Virus record (IMG/VR): IMGVR_UViG_3300023210_000030
Source: an uncultured virus (IMG/VR IMGVR_UViG_3300023210_000030)
Lineage: Duplodnaviria > Heunggongvirae > Uroviricota > Caudoviricetes > Crassvirales
DNA length: 20,000 nt
Direction: 5' to 3' (one strand)
Below, in pieces: positions 8,259 to 16,129 of the stretch; the first letter of the stretch is position 1; each line of letters opens with the position of its first letter. The position numbers and the translations under genes are program-made. A model generated the notes under the pieces. The model was not told the origin of the DNA. It did not search any database and saw only the letters and a list, made by a program, of their open reading frames with translations.

Positions 8259-10907
8259 TTAAAGTATCTCTGTAATTAACACTCTAACTTCAGCATTTCC
8301 TAATGCAGTTACAGTTGATAAAGTAACTTGTGATGTACTGTTTCTCTCCACACTTAATTCAACTGTATCATATGGAGATTCATTTCTGTATGCCTGAACC
8401 ATAACATCTCTTGTTCCTAAATTGTGAGTTAACACATAAGTAGTTGCAGAATTGTTTCCAATATTAGCAGTAAAGTTATGATTTGTTCCAATACAACTTG
8501 TTACCGCAGCACAGAAGTCTGTTATTTGAGAAGCTGGTATTGCAATAGTTGTATTTGACTGACTTGTAACCTGTCCATAAGCATTAGTAGTAATAGCTGA
8601 TGTTTGTGTTGCAGAACCTGAAGAAGTATTTGCTCCAGAATCTAAAGATATTGCTCCTGATGAGTTTATATTAATACCTCCCGATGTTGGAACACTTACT
8701 ATACCTACTGTTGTTGCTGTAGCAATATCTATATTTGCCTGAACCTCAACAAAATCTCCTTGAACAGATGTTCCTGTCGCAGCTGCTGTAGTACAAATTA
8801 CTTGGTCTCCAATAGCTAAAGGTTCTGCTGTATTTCCAAAGAAATTACCCGCAGTTGTTACAACGTAGAAATCACCGACAGCAATTGCTACTCTCGTAGC
8901 ACCACTTGTTAAATTAGTTGTTCCACCATCAATAACACCTGTGTTTGCATTAAATCCTCCTTTAAATTCTAATAACCCAACAACTGCTGCGTTTAATTGA
9001 TTTACGTTTACAGCGTCAGTTCCTGAAACTCCAGTAGCAAGACCTGTAATTTTATTACTACCCATCGCAATATCTCCATTAGGAGTACCCCAGGCATTAA
9101 GCAGAATGTTACTTGATAAAATTTTAGCATTTGAGCCTCCGTCTACTACAGCTAAGAAATCAGAACCTTTAGTCCATGCAGTTGTTGTAGTTAACTCGTT
9201 TAAGTCTAAGTTAATTGTTACGTCATCTGTTGCACTAACAGCCGTATCAATTCCAACTGAACCTTGTATTGTTACTGTGTTACCATCAGTTATAGACTGA
9301 TTTGAACCACTGTCTGCCGCTAAAGTCCATGAACTCATTGTACCAGTGTTTCCTGTGTACGCTATTGTTACTGCCCCTGTTGCCGATGATACGCTAATGT
9401 TAGATCCAGCAACCGCTGAAGTAACACCTGTGTTTGTTATTGTTGAAGCTCCAGTTGCACCACTAATAGATATACCCGTTCCTCCTGTATTACTTAATAC
9501 ACCATCATTTTGTATATCAAGTATAAATCCATTAGAACTTGTAGTAATACCTGTTCCTCCTTGGAATGTAGCTGTTGAACCTGCTGTTACGTTTGCCGAT
9601 GTACCACTGTCTCCAGTTAATAACCATCCACTGTATACAGTAGGTGATGTTGGCATTGTTACAGTCTTAAGATTAAGAGCCGTTATGTGACCTGTAGTAT
9701 TAGTAGTTACCGAGTCAACTGATGTAAATGTTCCTGCCGATCCTGGAGAACTTGAACTTGTAGTATCGCTTCTTGATGTAGTATCGTGAGCTAAAGTTAC
9801 CGTTCTTGTTCCTCCAATAGAACCGCTAATATATGTTCCGCCGACAACATCTACAACTTCACCGTTAGAAACAGTTTGATTTGTTCCACTTGTTGATCCA
9901 ATAGTCCATGAAGACATTGTTCCAGCCCCACCATCAGAAGCAGATGTTATTCTACCTTGAGCGTCTACTGTAATGTCAGCTGAAGTATATGATCCTGCTG
10001 TTACTGCTGTATTATCAAGAGTTATAGTTAAATCATCTGTTGCACTTGCCGCCGTTGTAATACCAGTTCCGCCAATAAAAGTAGCATTGTTTCCGTTTGT
10101 TATTGATTGACTTCCTGAGTCACCAACCAAATTCCATGAACTCATAGTTCCAGTTCCGCCTGTATATGCAATAGTTACAGCTCCAGTCGCACCACTTACT
10201 GATATGTTTGATCCTGCTACAGCAGAAGTTACACCAGTGTTTGTTATAGTCATTCCTGAAGCTGTTGTTGCTGTAGAAACTCCTGCTCCCCCTGATAAAT
10301 CAACTGTTACTCCGTCACTAACTGTTAAGTTAGTTCCTGAATCACCTTGTAAAGTCCAATTAGTATATCCGCCAGGTACAGACGCCCAAACATTATCACC
10401 TCTTAAAAATGTAGAACCACTTGGAGTACCTGTTGCAGATAAATCTATAGTACCCATAGTTACAGCACCAGTTGCTGCTGAGTTAGCTGTTCCTGCCGAA
10501 ACAAATGTTCCGTTAGCGTTAGTAAAAGTCGTAACCCCTACATTAACCGAGCCGCTTGATGCTGATGTAATTAATCCTTTTGAATCAACAGTAATACTTG
10601 CAAGAGTATAAGATGCTGCAGTAACTCCAGATGCTGGCATATCTACAGATATTGTCCCTGAACTTGTAATTGGTGTGCTTCCAATAGTAAAGTAATTACT
10701 GCTAATTCCTACTGAAGTTACAGTACCCGCATTACTATCTAAAGTTATCCAATTAGACCCATTGTAAAATTTTAAGACATTAGAGTCGGATCTATATATT
10801 AACTGACCTTCTCCAGTTACGGAAGGATCAGAAGTTACGTTTTGTACTTTAAAGTTTTGTAGCTCTGTATTATTGAGCGAGACATTTTGTAAAAAATTAA
10901 TTGCCAT
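8259..10907 (-). CDS. Repetitive fibre protein (tail or head fibre)
   Basis: 882 aa, G/T/S-rich. WxLxGDSG...GGxGI repeats, FLRGDNVW, ITVDxxGxITSA, a YadA-stalk-like KITGLATGVSGTDAVNVNQL segment, and a C-terminal THNLGTRDV domain. Confidence 0.85.
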   Translation of the reverse strand: MAINFLQNVSLNNTELQNFKVQNVTSDPSVTGEGQLIYRSDSNVLKFYNGSNWITLDSNAGTVTSVGISSNYFTIGSTPITSSGTISVDMPASGVTAASYTLASITVDSKGLITSASSGSVNVGVTTFTNANGTFVSAGTANSAATGAVTMGTIDLSATGTPSGSTFLRGDNVWASVPGGYTNWTLQGDSGTNLTVSDGVTVDLSGGAGVSTATTASGMTITNTGVTSAVAGSNISVSGATGAVTIAYTGGTGTMSSWNLVGDSGSQSITNGNNATFIGGTGITTAASATDDLTITLDNTAVTAGSYTSADITVDAQGRITSASDGGAGTMSSWTIGSTSGTNQTVSNGEVVDVVGGTYISGSIGGTRTVTLAHDTTSRSDTTSSSSPGSAGTFTSVDSVTTNTTGHITALNLKTVTMPTSPTVYSGWLLTGDSGTSANVTAGSTATFQGGTGITTSSNGFILDIQNDGVLSNTGGTGISISGATGASTITNTGVTSAVAGSNISVSSATGAVTIAYTGNTGTMSSWTLAADSGSNQSITDGNTVTIQGSVGIDTAVSATDDVTINLDLNELTTTTAWTKGSDFLAVVDGGSNAKILSSNILLNAWGTPNGDIAMGSNKITGLATGVSGTDAVNVNQLNAAVVGLLEFKGGFNANTGVIDGGTTNLTSGATRVAIAVGDFYVVTTAGNFFGNTAEPLAIGDQVICTTAAATGTSVQGDFVEVQANIDIATATTVGIVSVPTSGGININSSGAISLDSGANTSSGSATQTSAITTNAYGQVTSQSNTTIAIPASQITDFCAAVTSCIGTNHNFTANIGNNSATTYVLTHNLGTRDVMVQAYRNESPYDTVELSVERNSTSQVTLSTVTALGNAEVRVLITEIL

Positions 10908-10927
10908 GTTATCTGTGTTTTATATTG

Positions 10928-11362
10928 TTAAAATTTATAGGTTAAACTTAATTTAAGTTCTCCTTTATCTTCTTCTTCCATTTTACCCATACCATCAGCG
11001 TCACACATTTCTGCATCATCACTCATGTTGTACATATAAGATGGCTCTATATATAGTTTGTCCCAAACATTTAATGCATATCCAACTCCTAAAGAAATTT
11101 CTTCTTCCTCAGTCATTAATCCATATGCAAATAGTTTTTCTCCTAAAGAATATCTTGCTATTAAATTATAATCATCTCCATTCATCATTATTCCTGCACT
11201 TAATTTTTCCATAGAATACAAAACCCCTATGTTATCTGTTAAGTTATCTAAACTCATTTCTTCTCCGTCAGCTGGAGAACTTATCATACTTGTTACCATA
11301 AATTGTGCTGAAGCTACTGATGTTATTAAACTTAATAATAATACTACTAATATATTTTTCAT
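10928..11362 (-). CDS. Small outer-membrane beta-barrel protein with signal peptide
   Basis: Sec signal MKNILVVLLLSLITSVASA/Q, alternating amphipathic strands (IGVLYSM, YNLIARYSL, ISLGVGYAL, LYIEPSYMY), terminal ELKLSLTYKF with C-terminal Phe, acidic loops. Confidence 0.75.
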   Translation of the reverse strand: MKNILVVLLLSLITSVASAQFMVTSMISSPADGEEMSLDNLTDNIGVLYSMEKLSAGIMMNGDDYNLIARYSLGEKLFAYGLMTEEEEISLGVGYALNVWDKLYIEPSYMYNMSDDAEMCDADGMGKMEEEDKGELKLSLTYKF

Positions 11363-11377
11363 TTTTGTTTTTTTATG

Positions 11378-12100
11378 TTAATTAAAATACGCTTTTCCTG
11401 TTTGCGCACCGTTAAATGTTATTGTTACTTGATTTAAACTATTGTACTGCACATCACCATATACTATTTCATTTGATGAGCTTACTACACTTACTGAAGG
11501 ATACTTATTTAACCCATGCGTAACTACCCAAGGGTTTGCTGCAACATTTTGACTAAATACATAATTTTTGTCTCCTCCTCCTCCTGGTCCGTATGTTAGC
11601 AAAGATATAAAATAATCTTTGTTGTTATTTAAGCTTCCCGCACTTGCTGTTAGTGTTAGTCCAATGTTAAAAAAATTTGTTTCAGGATTATCTTGCGCTA
11701 CACTATCCCATGTATAAATACCAAAGTTATCAGGACTATCTGTTTGAGAAATTACAACTGTTGAAGCTACTAATGGTACTGAATAATAAGAAGAAACATC
11801 TATATTAGATTCTAACATAAATTTACTTAACATAAAAGTAGTTATATTAGCAAAAGGAACATTACCTGAATCAGAAACGCTAAAAGATATTGTACCGTTT
11901 TCTCTTACCTTACCTGTTTCCCAATTTTGATACCTGTACTTTAAAGCATTTACTTCTATTTTATTATAAGTGTTTAAAAAAACAGCTACATCGTCAGCTG
12001 TAAAGTTTTTAGTAGCTCCAGAGTCTAATGCATCAGTTCCTATCCATTTATCTGCTCCTATTACAACGCTTTGTATTGGATATGAACCTATTTTAGCCAT
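11378..12100 (-). CDS. Virion structural or fibre-associated protein
   Basis: 240 aa. The N-terminal DKWIGTD..D...TKNF motif resembles the giant fibre N-terminus. The C-terminal WVVTHGLNKYPSVSV domain resembles the 882 aa C-terminus. Confidence 0.7.
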   Translation of the reverse strand: MAKIGSYPIQSVVIGADKWIGTDALDSGATKNFTADDVAVFLNTYNKIEVNALKYRYQNWETGKVRENGTISFSVSDSGNVPFANITTFMLSKFMLESNIDVSSYYSVPLVASTVVISQTDSPDNFGIYTWDSVAQDNPETNFFNIGLTLTASAGSLNNNKDYFISLLTYGPGGGGDKNYVFSQNVAANPWVVTHGLNKYPSVSVVSSSNEIVYGDVQYNSLNQVTITFNGAQTGKAYFN

Positions 12101-12497
12101 TATTTATTTTTTTTCCTTTTTCATATGAACGACCACCAAAATATGCCGCTACAACTGTTATAAGCAGAACTTTTAATAAATCTTTCCACTCATCGTGAAC
12201 TACAAAGGTAATAAAACTTGAGTCAATAAAAATAAGCACAATTGTACTAACAATTAAAAAAATTAACACACAGGGCCTAACAGATTTAGATAATTTATTG
12301 TCTGACATCATATCACTTTCCCATCTTTTAGTAATATTTTCTTGTTCATTTGCTGCTGCTTGATTAAAAAGACTATTCATTTCTTTTTTAAAAGCAACTT
12401 TTTCATCTGAGGTATGAACAAACCTATCAACCATATTACTAACTTTGTCAGCAACTTCAATTCCTTCTTTTCCGAAAAATTTTGTCCAAATATTCAT
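12093..12497 (-). CDS. Holin (3TM/GTA-holin-like)
   Basis: 134 aa. RWESDM..D..LSKSVRP followed by two hydrophobic helices and AYFGGRSYEK. Overlaps the endolysin stop by 4 bp. Confidence 0.75.
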   Translation of the reverse strand: MNIWTKFFGKEGIEVADKVSNMVDRFVHTSDEKVAFKKEMNSLFNQAAANEQENITKRWESDMMSDNKLSKSVRPCVLIFLIVSTIVLIFIDSSFITFVVHDEWKDLLKVLLITVVAAYFGGRSYEKGKKINNG

Positions 12498-12910
12498 TTT
12501 ATATTTTTATATTCTTTTTTTGCATCATAACTCGGGCATTTTTTAGTAGAAAAATCTCTATGACCATAAATTTCAGCATTTTTATGAAGTTTTTTTAAAG
12601 TTTTAAGTAGTATTATTAAAGAATCTTTCTGTTCATCTGTTCTTGTGTCTTCCCATTCACTCATATCTTTATTCATTCCCCCAATATAACAAATTCCTAT
12701 GCTATCATAATTATTTCCTTTAACATGAGCTCCATATTTATCTACCATACGCCCATATTCAATAGATCCGTCTAATCTTATTACAAAGTGATACCCTATG
12801 TCATCCCAACCGTTACCTTTTACGTGCCAATCTCTTATATCTTCAGCACTAAAATCTTTATGTCTTGGAGTAGCGGAGCAATGAACAATAATTTTATCTA
12901 TTGTTCTCAT
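12494..12910 (-). CDS. Endolysin, N-acetylmuramoyl-L-alanine amidase (T7 lysozyme/Amidase_2 type)
   Basis: Motifs IIVHCSAT, GWDDIGYHFVI, GAH, SIGICYIGG and GHRDF...KCP supply the His/His/Cys zinc ligands and the catalytic Tyr. Confidence 0.95.
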   Translation of the reverse strand: MRTIDKIIVHCSATPRHKDFSAEDIRDWHVKGNGWDDIGYHFVIRLDGSIEYGRMVDKYGAHVKGNNYDSIGICYIGGMNKDMSEWEDTRTDEQKDSLIILLKTLKKLHKNAEIYGHRDFSTKKCPSYDAKKEYKNIK

Positions 12911-12913
12911 TTA

Positions 12914-13177
12914 TTACCTTAATTGATATATCCTATCATCTAACCTTGTTAATGTTTCTTTCATTTCCATCATTTCGGTTTTAATAAAAACTAATTCTTT
13001 TTGAATCTCTATCATATTCTCTATTGGAGTCTGACTTGGAACAGGAAGCTCTTTAGCTTCTTGTATTTGTGCTTGTAAAGAATAATACATTCCTATCATG
13101 CTTCCTACTAACACAATAATAGTAATAAAGTTTTTTGGGCTTAAAGTTACCTTGGTGTTTTCAGAAATATTACTCAT
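12914..13177 (-). CDS. Single-TM plus coiled-coil membrane protein, probably lysis-associated
   Basis: 87 aa with TM FITIIVLVGSMIGMYY and a C-terminal coiled coil, immediately upstream of the endolysin. Confidence 0.6.
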   Translation of the reverse strand: MSNISENTKVTLSPKNFITIIVLVGSMIGMYYSLQAQIQEAKELPVPSQTPIENMIEIQKELVFIKTEMMEMKETLTRLDDRIYQLR

Positions 13178-13178
13178 A

Positions 13179-13967
13179 TTACCAAATTGCTAAACAAACA
13201 GCGTGTGATTCAATAGTTGTTCCTGTGGAATACAGTTGTGTTATTTGCACAGGAAGATATTGACCTATAGGGAAATTTAAAAACGTTACATCGTTTCCAG
13301 CTACTGTTTTAACTTTTATTGAAGCCACATATGTTGAAGCTATATCTGATACAGTAGTTGTAGAAGAAACATATAATAAACATCCTTCAGAAGACTTTCC
13401 TTCAGGACCTGGTAATTGACCTCCTAAAAATATAGTATATGAGTCATTAAAAGTAGTGTCAGAACTAAATAAATCATCTTCTAATGTTAAATCAACTTCA
13501 TTATTTACAACTGATACTCTTGTAACACTACCTGTTACAGTATTATAAACAACATCTCCTACAGAAACTCCTTTAGTAACAAATGTTTCTGTAGTGTCTA
13601 TTAAATGATTTGGTCTTGCTATTGTATAACTTTCATTTCCATCAGGAAAAGTATCTGCCGCTAATGTTAAGTCTGTAGCTGCTATTGCTGTAACTAATGA
13701 GCTGTCAGGAGATCCACCACCAGTTTTTCTAATTGCTCTATCACCTATTAATACAGGTAAAGGAACTACTGTAGCTGTAAACTGATCATTTCCAGTTAAT
13801 GTAGAGTTTATTAGGTGGTTTAATGTATCTGAATCAGCATTTCCGCTTGCTACACCTGTTGATGTTGATGTTAAAGTTGTTAAATCTGGAGAAGGAATTG
13901 GAATTGTGTTACTTGCAAATACACTTCTTACAAGTCCTGTATTTACGGTTATTTTTGGGTACGCCAT
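13179..13967 (-). CDS. Virion protein with head-spike-base-like C-terminus and internal duplication
   Basis: C-terminal LLYVS...IKVKTVAGNDVTFLNFPIGQYLPVQITQLYSTGTT resembles the RcGTA Rcc01079 spike-base family (recognised from memory). Two NHLI...GD...DLTLxxDxF...SYTI units lie upstream. Confidence 0.6.
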   Translation of the reverse strand: MAYPKITVNTGLVRSVFASNTIPIPSPDLTTLTSTSTGVASGNADSDTLNHLINSTLTGNDQFTATVVPLPVLIGDRAIRKTGGGSPDSSLVTAIAATDLTLAADTFPDGNESYTIARPNHLIDTTETFVTKGVSVGDVVYNTVTGSVTRVSVVNNEVDLTLEDDLFSSDTTFNDSYTIFLGGQLPGPEGKSSEGCLLYVSSTTTVSDIASTYVASIKVKTVAGNDVTFLNFPIGQYLPVQITQLYSTGTTIESHAVCLAIW

Positions 13968-13997
13968 TTTTTTTATTTTAGAGGGTTAAAAATCTCT

Positions 13998-14171
13998 TTA
14001 CTTATTATATGGAAACACTCTGTTAAGAGTATCTCTTCTTTGACCACATCCGCAGTCTTTTTTTCCTACAGCTTTAGCCATTCCTTGAGCAACCTTATCT
14101 AATCCTGTTGCTTTAGTTATTTTAGCTATTGAATCGCCAAGCCCCTTAGATGCATTGTTTATTTTTTGCAT
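13998..14171 (-). CDS. Small basic protein with a DCGC motif (57 aa; alternative start 14177)
   Basis: Manual translation MQKINNASKGLGDSIAKITKATGLDKVAQGMAKAVGKKDCGCGQRRDTLNRVFPYNK. The GLGD...CGC...LN..FPY pattern is familiar from aquatic phage hypotheticals. Confidence 0.8.
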   Translation of the reverse strand: MQKINNASKGLGDSIAKITKATGLDKVAQGMAKAVGKKDCGCGQRRDTLNRVFPYNK

Positions 14172-14278
14172 TGACATTTATCATTAGGACAAATACCTAC
14201 ATTAAAAGATAAAAATCTCATTAATCCATTCCAACTGCATTTTAAATAATCGTACAACAATTTTATTTTTTCAATCAT
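14159..14278 (-). CDS. Small Cys-rich hypothetical protein (39 aa)
   Basis: Manual translation MIEKIKLLYDYLKCSWNGLMRFLSFNVGICPNDKCQCKK. Starts 2 bp after the upstream stop. Confidence 0.6.
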   Translation of the reverse strand: MIEKIKLLYDYLKCSWNGLMRFLSFNVGICPNDKCQCKK

Positions 14279-14280
14279 AT

Positions 14281-14487
14281 TTAATTATTTCTCATTCTGT
14301 CATTTATAGAAGTTTTAACTCTTGGCTTTACATATTGAACGTGTGAATCAGGAGCTTCTTCTTGTTTTTTAACAGTTTCTTTTTTTTCTATTTTACCTGT
14401 TGTTTTAAATTCTACCTTTTCTTCATAAGAAAGATTAGAAGGAGAAACAGGATCTTTTTTTAATATATTTTTTCTTTTTTTTCCCAT
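14281..14487 (-). CDS. Small Lys-rich hypothetical protein (68 aa)
   Basis: ORF track entry; fits the operon packing; its start context is identical to that of groEL. Confidence 0.7.
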   Translation of the reverse strand: MGKKRKNILKKDPVSPSNLSYEEKVEFKTTGKIEKKETVKKQEEAPDSHVQYVKPRVKTSINDRMRNN

Positions 14488-14504
14488 TTTATTAAATTTA
14501 ATTT

Positions 14505-14654
14505 TTATCTATTTTTTGCCATTTTTCTAAATGTCTTAGCTAAATTATAACGTTTAGAACCTTTAGGACAAGAGGGACCTCCAAACTTACTACCTGTACA
14601 AGGCTTGTCAGTTCTCATTCCTTTAGTTGCTTTCTTTATCCAATTATTAGCCAT
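14505..14654 (-). CDS. Small basic protein with a Cys pair (49 aa)
   Basis: Manual translation MANNWIKKATKGMRTDKPCTGSKFGGPSCPKGSKRYNLAKTFRKMAKNR. Follows TAGTAATG from the upstream gene. Confidence 0.8.
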   Translation of the reverse strand: MANNWIKKATKGMRTDKPCTGSKFGGPSCPKGSKRYNLAKTFRKMAKNR

Positions 14655-14656
14655 TA

Positions 14657-14851
14657 CTATCTTAAATGATCGTGTCTAACTACTTTTGCTGTATGTCTAT
14701 ATGACATAGATTTGTCAGCTCCGTAAGAATGACCATATTCTTTTTTAGACATTGATTTAGATTCATCTCTTCTATCTTTCATAGATTGAGATTTTTTTCC
14801 GTTTCTTGATCCTAATGACTCATCAAGTCTGTCGTTATATCCTTGTTTCAT
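14657..14851 (-). CDS. Small charged hypothetical protein (64 aa)
   Basis: ORF track entry MKQGYNDRLDESLG...RRDESK; tight operon packing. Confidence 0.75.
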   Translation of the reverse strand: MKQGYNDRLDESLGSRNGKKSQSMKDRRDESKSMSKKEYGHSYGADKSMSYRHTAKVVRHDHLR

Positions 14852-14870
14852 AATAATTTTTTTTTCTTAA

Positions 14871-14921
14871 TTAATACCCTTTAGTTTTAACAGGCTTTTT
14901 TTTAATTTTTTTCTTTTTCAT
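14871..14921 (-). CDS. 16 aa poly-Lys micro-peptide
   Basis: MKKKKIKKKPVKTKGY*, the first ATG 14 bp downstream of a TAnnTTTG element; it fills the gap before the gene at 14851. Confidence 0.45.
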   Translation of the reverse strand: MKKKKIKKKPVKTKGY

Positions 14922-14935
14922 TAATTAATTTTTTA

Positions 14936-14943
14936 CAAATATA
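14936..14943 (-). promoter_or_regulatory. Bacteroidetes-type -7 promoter element TATATTTG
   Basis: Intergenic TAnnTTTG followed by TAAAAA, as at 8197 and 16109. Confidence 0.7.
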
Positions 14944-14955
14944 ATAATTAATTTT

Positions 14956-15255
14956 TTAACATCTCCAGCGTCTTAAAGACATAGCCTTTCTTGTTGGCCT
15001 TCCTTTCTTATCCTTTAATGGACCTTTCATTCCACTCATTCTTGCACAAAAAGATTTTCTACGAGCTGCATCTTTACTTCCTTTTTTTACTTTACCAGTT
15101 ACAGCAGTTTGTAATTTACTTCCTGGATTAGCCTTTCTATAAGCTGCTACTCCTTTTTTAGTCATTCCAGCCCCAGACTTAGTAGTCCTATAGTTTCCTC
15201 CTTTGCTTGTTGTTTTACTTATTTGTTTTTTTTTCGTTCTCCCTTTAGTAGCCAT
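14956..15255 (-). CDS. Very basic phage protein with an RRKSFCARM motif (DUF6321-like)
   Basis: 99 aa, K/R-rich. GMTKKGVAAYRKANPGSKL...RRKSFCARM...SLRRWRC is a pattern I recognise from phage hypotheticals; the family name is from memory. Confidence 0.75.
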   Translation of the reverse strand: MATKGRTKKKQISKTTSKGGNYRTTKSGAGMTKKGVAAYRKANPGSKLQTAVTGKVKKGSKDAARRKSFCARMSGMKGPLKDKKGRPTRKAMSLRRWRC

Positions 15256-15407
15256 TATTTATTTTTTGGTAAGGATTTTATTTTTCCATTTTCTGTTCGT
15301 GCATACCTGTGTGTAGCAGTTTCTTTACTTGCTATAAGTGTACCACAATACTTACCACCTCCATATTGCCAACATACTTTTTTACCTGTCCTACCTTTTT
15401 TAGCCAT
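15255..15407 (-). CDS. Small basic protein (50 aa)
   Basis: Manual translation MAKKGRTGKKVCWQYGGGKYCGTLIASKETATHRYARTENGKIKSLPKNK. TAATG-coupled to the next gene and preceded by a promoter element. Confidence 0.8.
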   Translation of the reverse strand: MAKKGRTGKKVCWQYGGGKYCGTLIASKETATHRYARTENGKIKSLPKNK

Positions 15408-15426
15408 TATTTATTTTTTATTTAGA

Positions 15427-15434
15427 CAAAGATA
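15427..15434 (-). promoter_or_regulatory. Bacteroidetes-type -7 promoter element TATCTTTG
   Basis: TAnnTTTG in a 28-bp intergenic gap, 19 bp upstream of the ATG at 15407. Confidence 0.65.
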
Positions 15435-15435
15435 A

Positions 15436-15870
15436 TTATAATTTTATATTCTTTTTAAACCATTTAAATGCTTTACTAACTAAAGTGTTTTGTTTTTTCT
15501 TTTCTATTGCTCTACAATTTATACAAAGAGAATCACTAACAGTAAATCTAACTGTATCTACAATTTGTTTAACAACAATTTTATAATCAAAAACTAAACT
15601 GTCTTCGCTTATTAATTTTAAATTATTTAATTCATATATACTTTCATTAAATTTTTTTTCAATTTTTTTTATATCTCTTTTTTTTCTCCAAAGATCTTGC
15701 TCAAGTAAAATTTTTTGTTTTTTTTGTTTATTTACTTTTTCTATTGTTCCTTCAGCTGCTAAAAACAAACTATCTAAATTGGGCTGTATAAAATCTTTTT
15801 TTATTTCAGGCGGTTCTGTTTCTAAGCATGAAGAAAATATTACTAATAATATAAAACATTTATTCTTCAT
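15436..15870 (-). CDS. Putative lipoprotein with coiled coil (o-spanin candidate)
   Basis: MKNKCFILLVIFSS-C lipobox-like signal, central coiled coil, CxxC near the C-terminus. Overlaps the upstream TM gene by 11 bp. Confidence 0.55.
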   Translation of the reverse strand: MKNKCFILLVIFSSCLETEPPEIKKDFIQPNLDSLFLAAEGTIEKVNKQKKQKILLEQDLWRKKRDIKKIEKKFNESIYELNNLKLISEDSLVFDYKIVVKQIVDTVRFTVSDSLCINCRAIEKKKQNTLVSKAFKWFKKNIKL

Positions 15871-16078
15871 TTATTCCTTGTAGTGTTTCAATAAATTTAT
15901 CATTTAATTTTTTATAATCACTTCGTAAAGTAATTACTTCTTCTTGCAAAGCTTCAATTTGATTAGTAAGAGTAGTTTTATTATCAATATATAAATAACC
16001 AATAGCAATTAAACAAAAAAATAAAAGACCTGTCACTGGGTTTGCGGCAAAATCTTTAAAATCTATAGGTGATTTCAT
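15860..16078 (-). CDS. Single-TM plus coiled-coil protein (i-spanin or holin-like candidate)
   Basis: TM VTGLLFFCLIAIGYLYI followed by heptads LTNQIEALQEEVITLRSDYKKLNDKF. Confidence 0.55.
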   Translation of the reverse strand: MKSPIDFKDFAANPVTGLLFFCLIAIGYLYIDNKTTLTNQIEALQEEVITLRSDYKKLNDKFIETLQGINEE

Positions 16079-16108
16079 ATTATTACTATTTCCATTTTTG
16101 TATTTTTA

Positions 16109-16116
16109 CAAAGATA
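16109..16116 (-). promoter_or_regulatory. Bacteroidetes-type -7 promoter element TATCTTTG
   Basis: TAnnTTTG in the 51-bp divergent intergenic region. Confidence 0.7.
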
Positions 16117-16129
16117 TAAATTAAATTAA

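Noticed and set aside
59..10611. Plus-strand ORFs 59-523, 2612-2824, 4898-5098, 5159-5371, 6462-6749, 7935-8189, 9106-9300, 9346-9690 and 10204-10611
   Set aside because: They are antisense shadows of G/T/S-rich fibre genes; their V/P/T-rich translations mirror the minus-strand codons.
15223..15435. 70 aa plus-strand ORF
   Set aside because: Antisense to the better-supported 50 aa minus-strand gene, which has a promoter and TAATG coupling.
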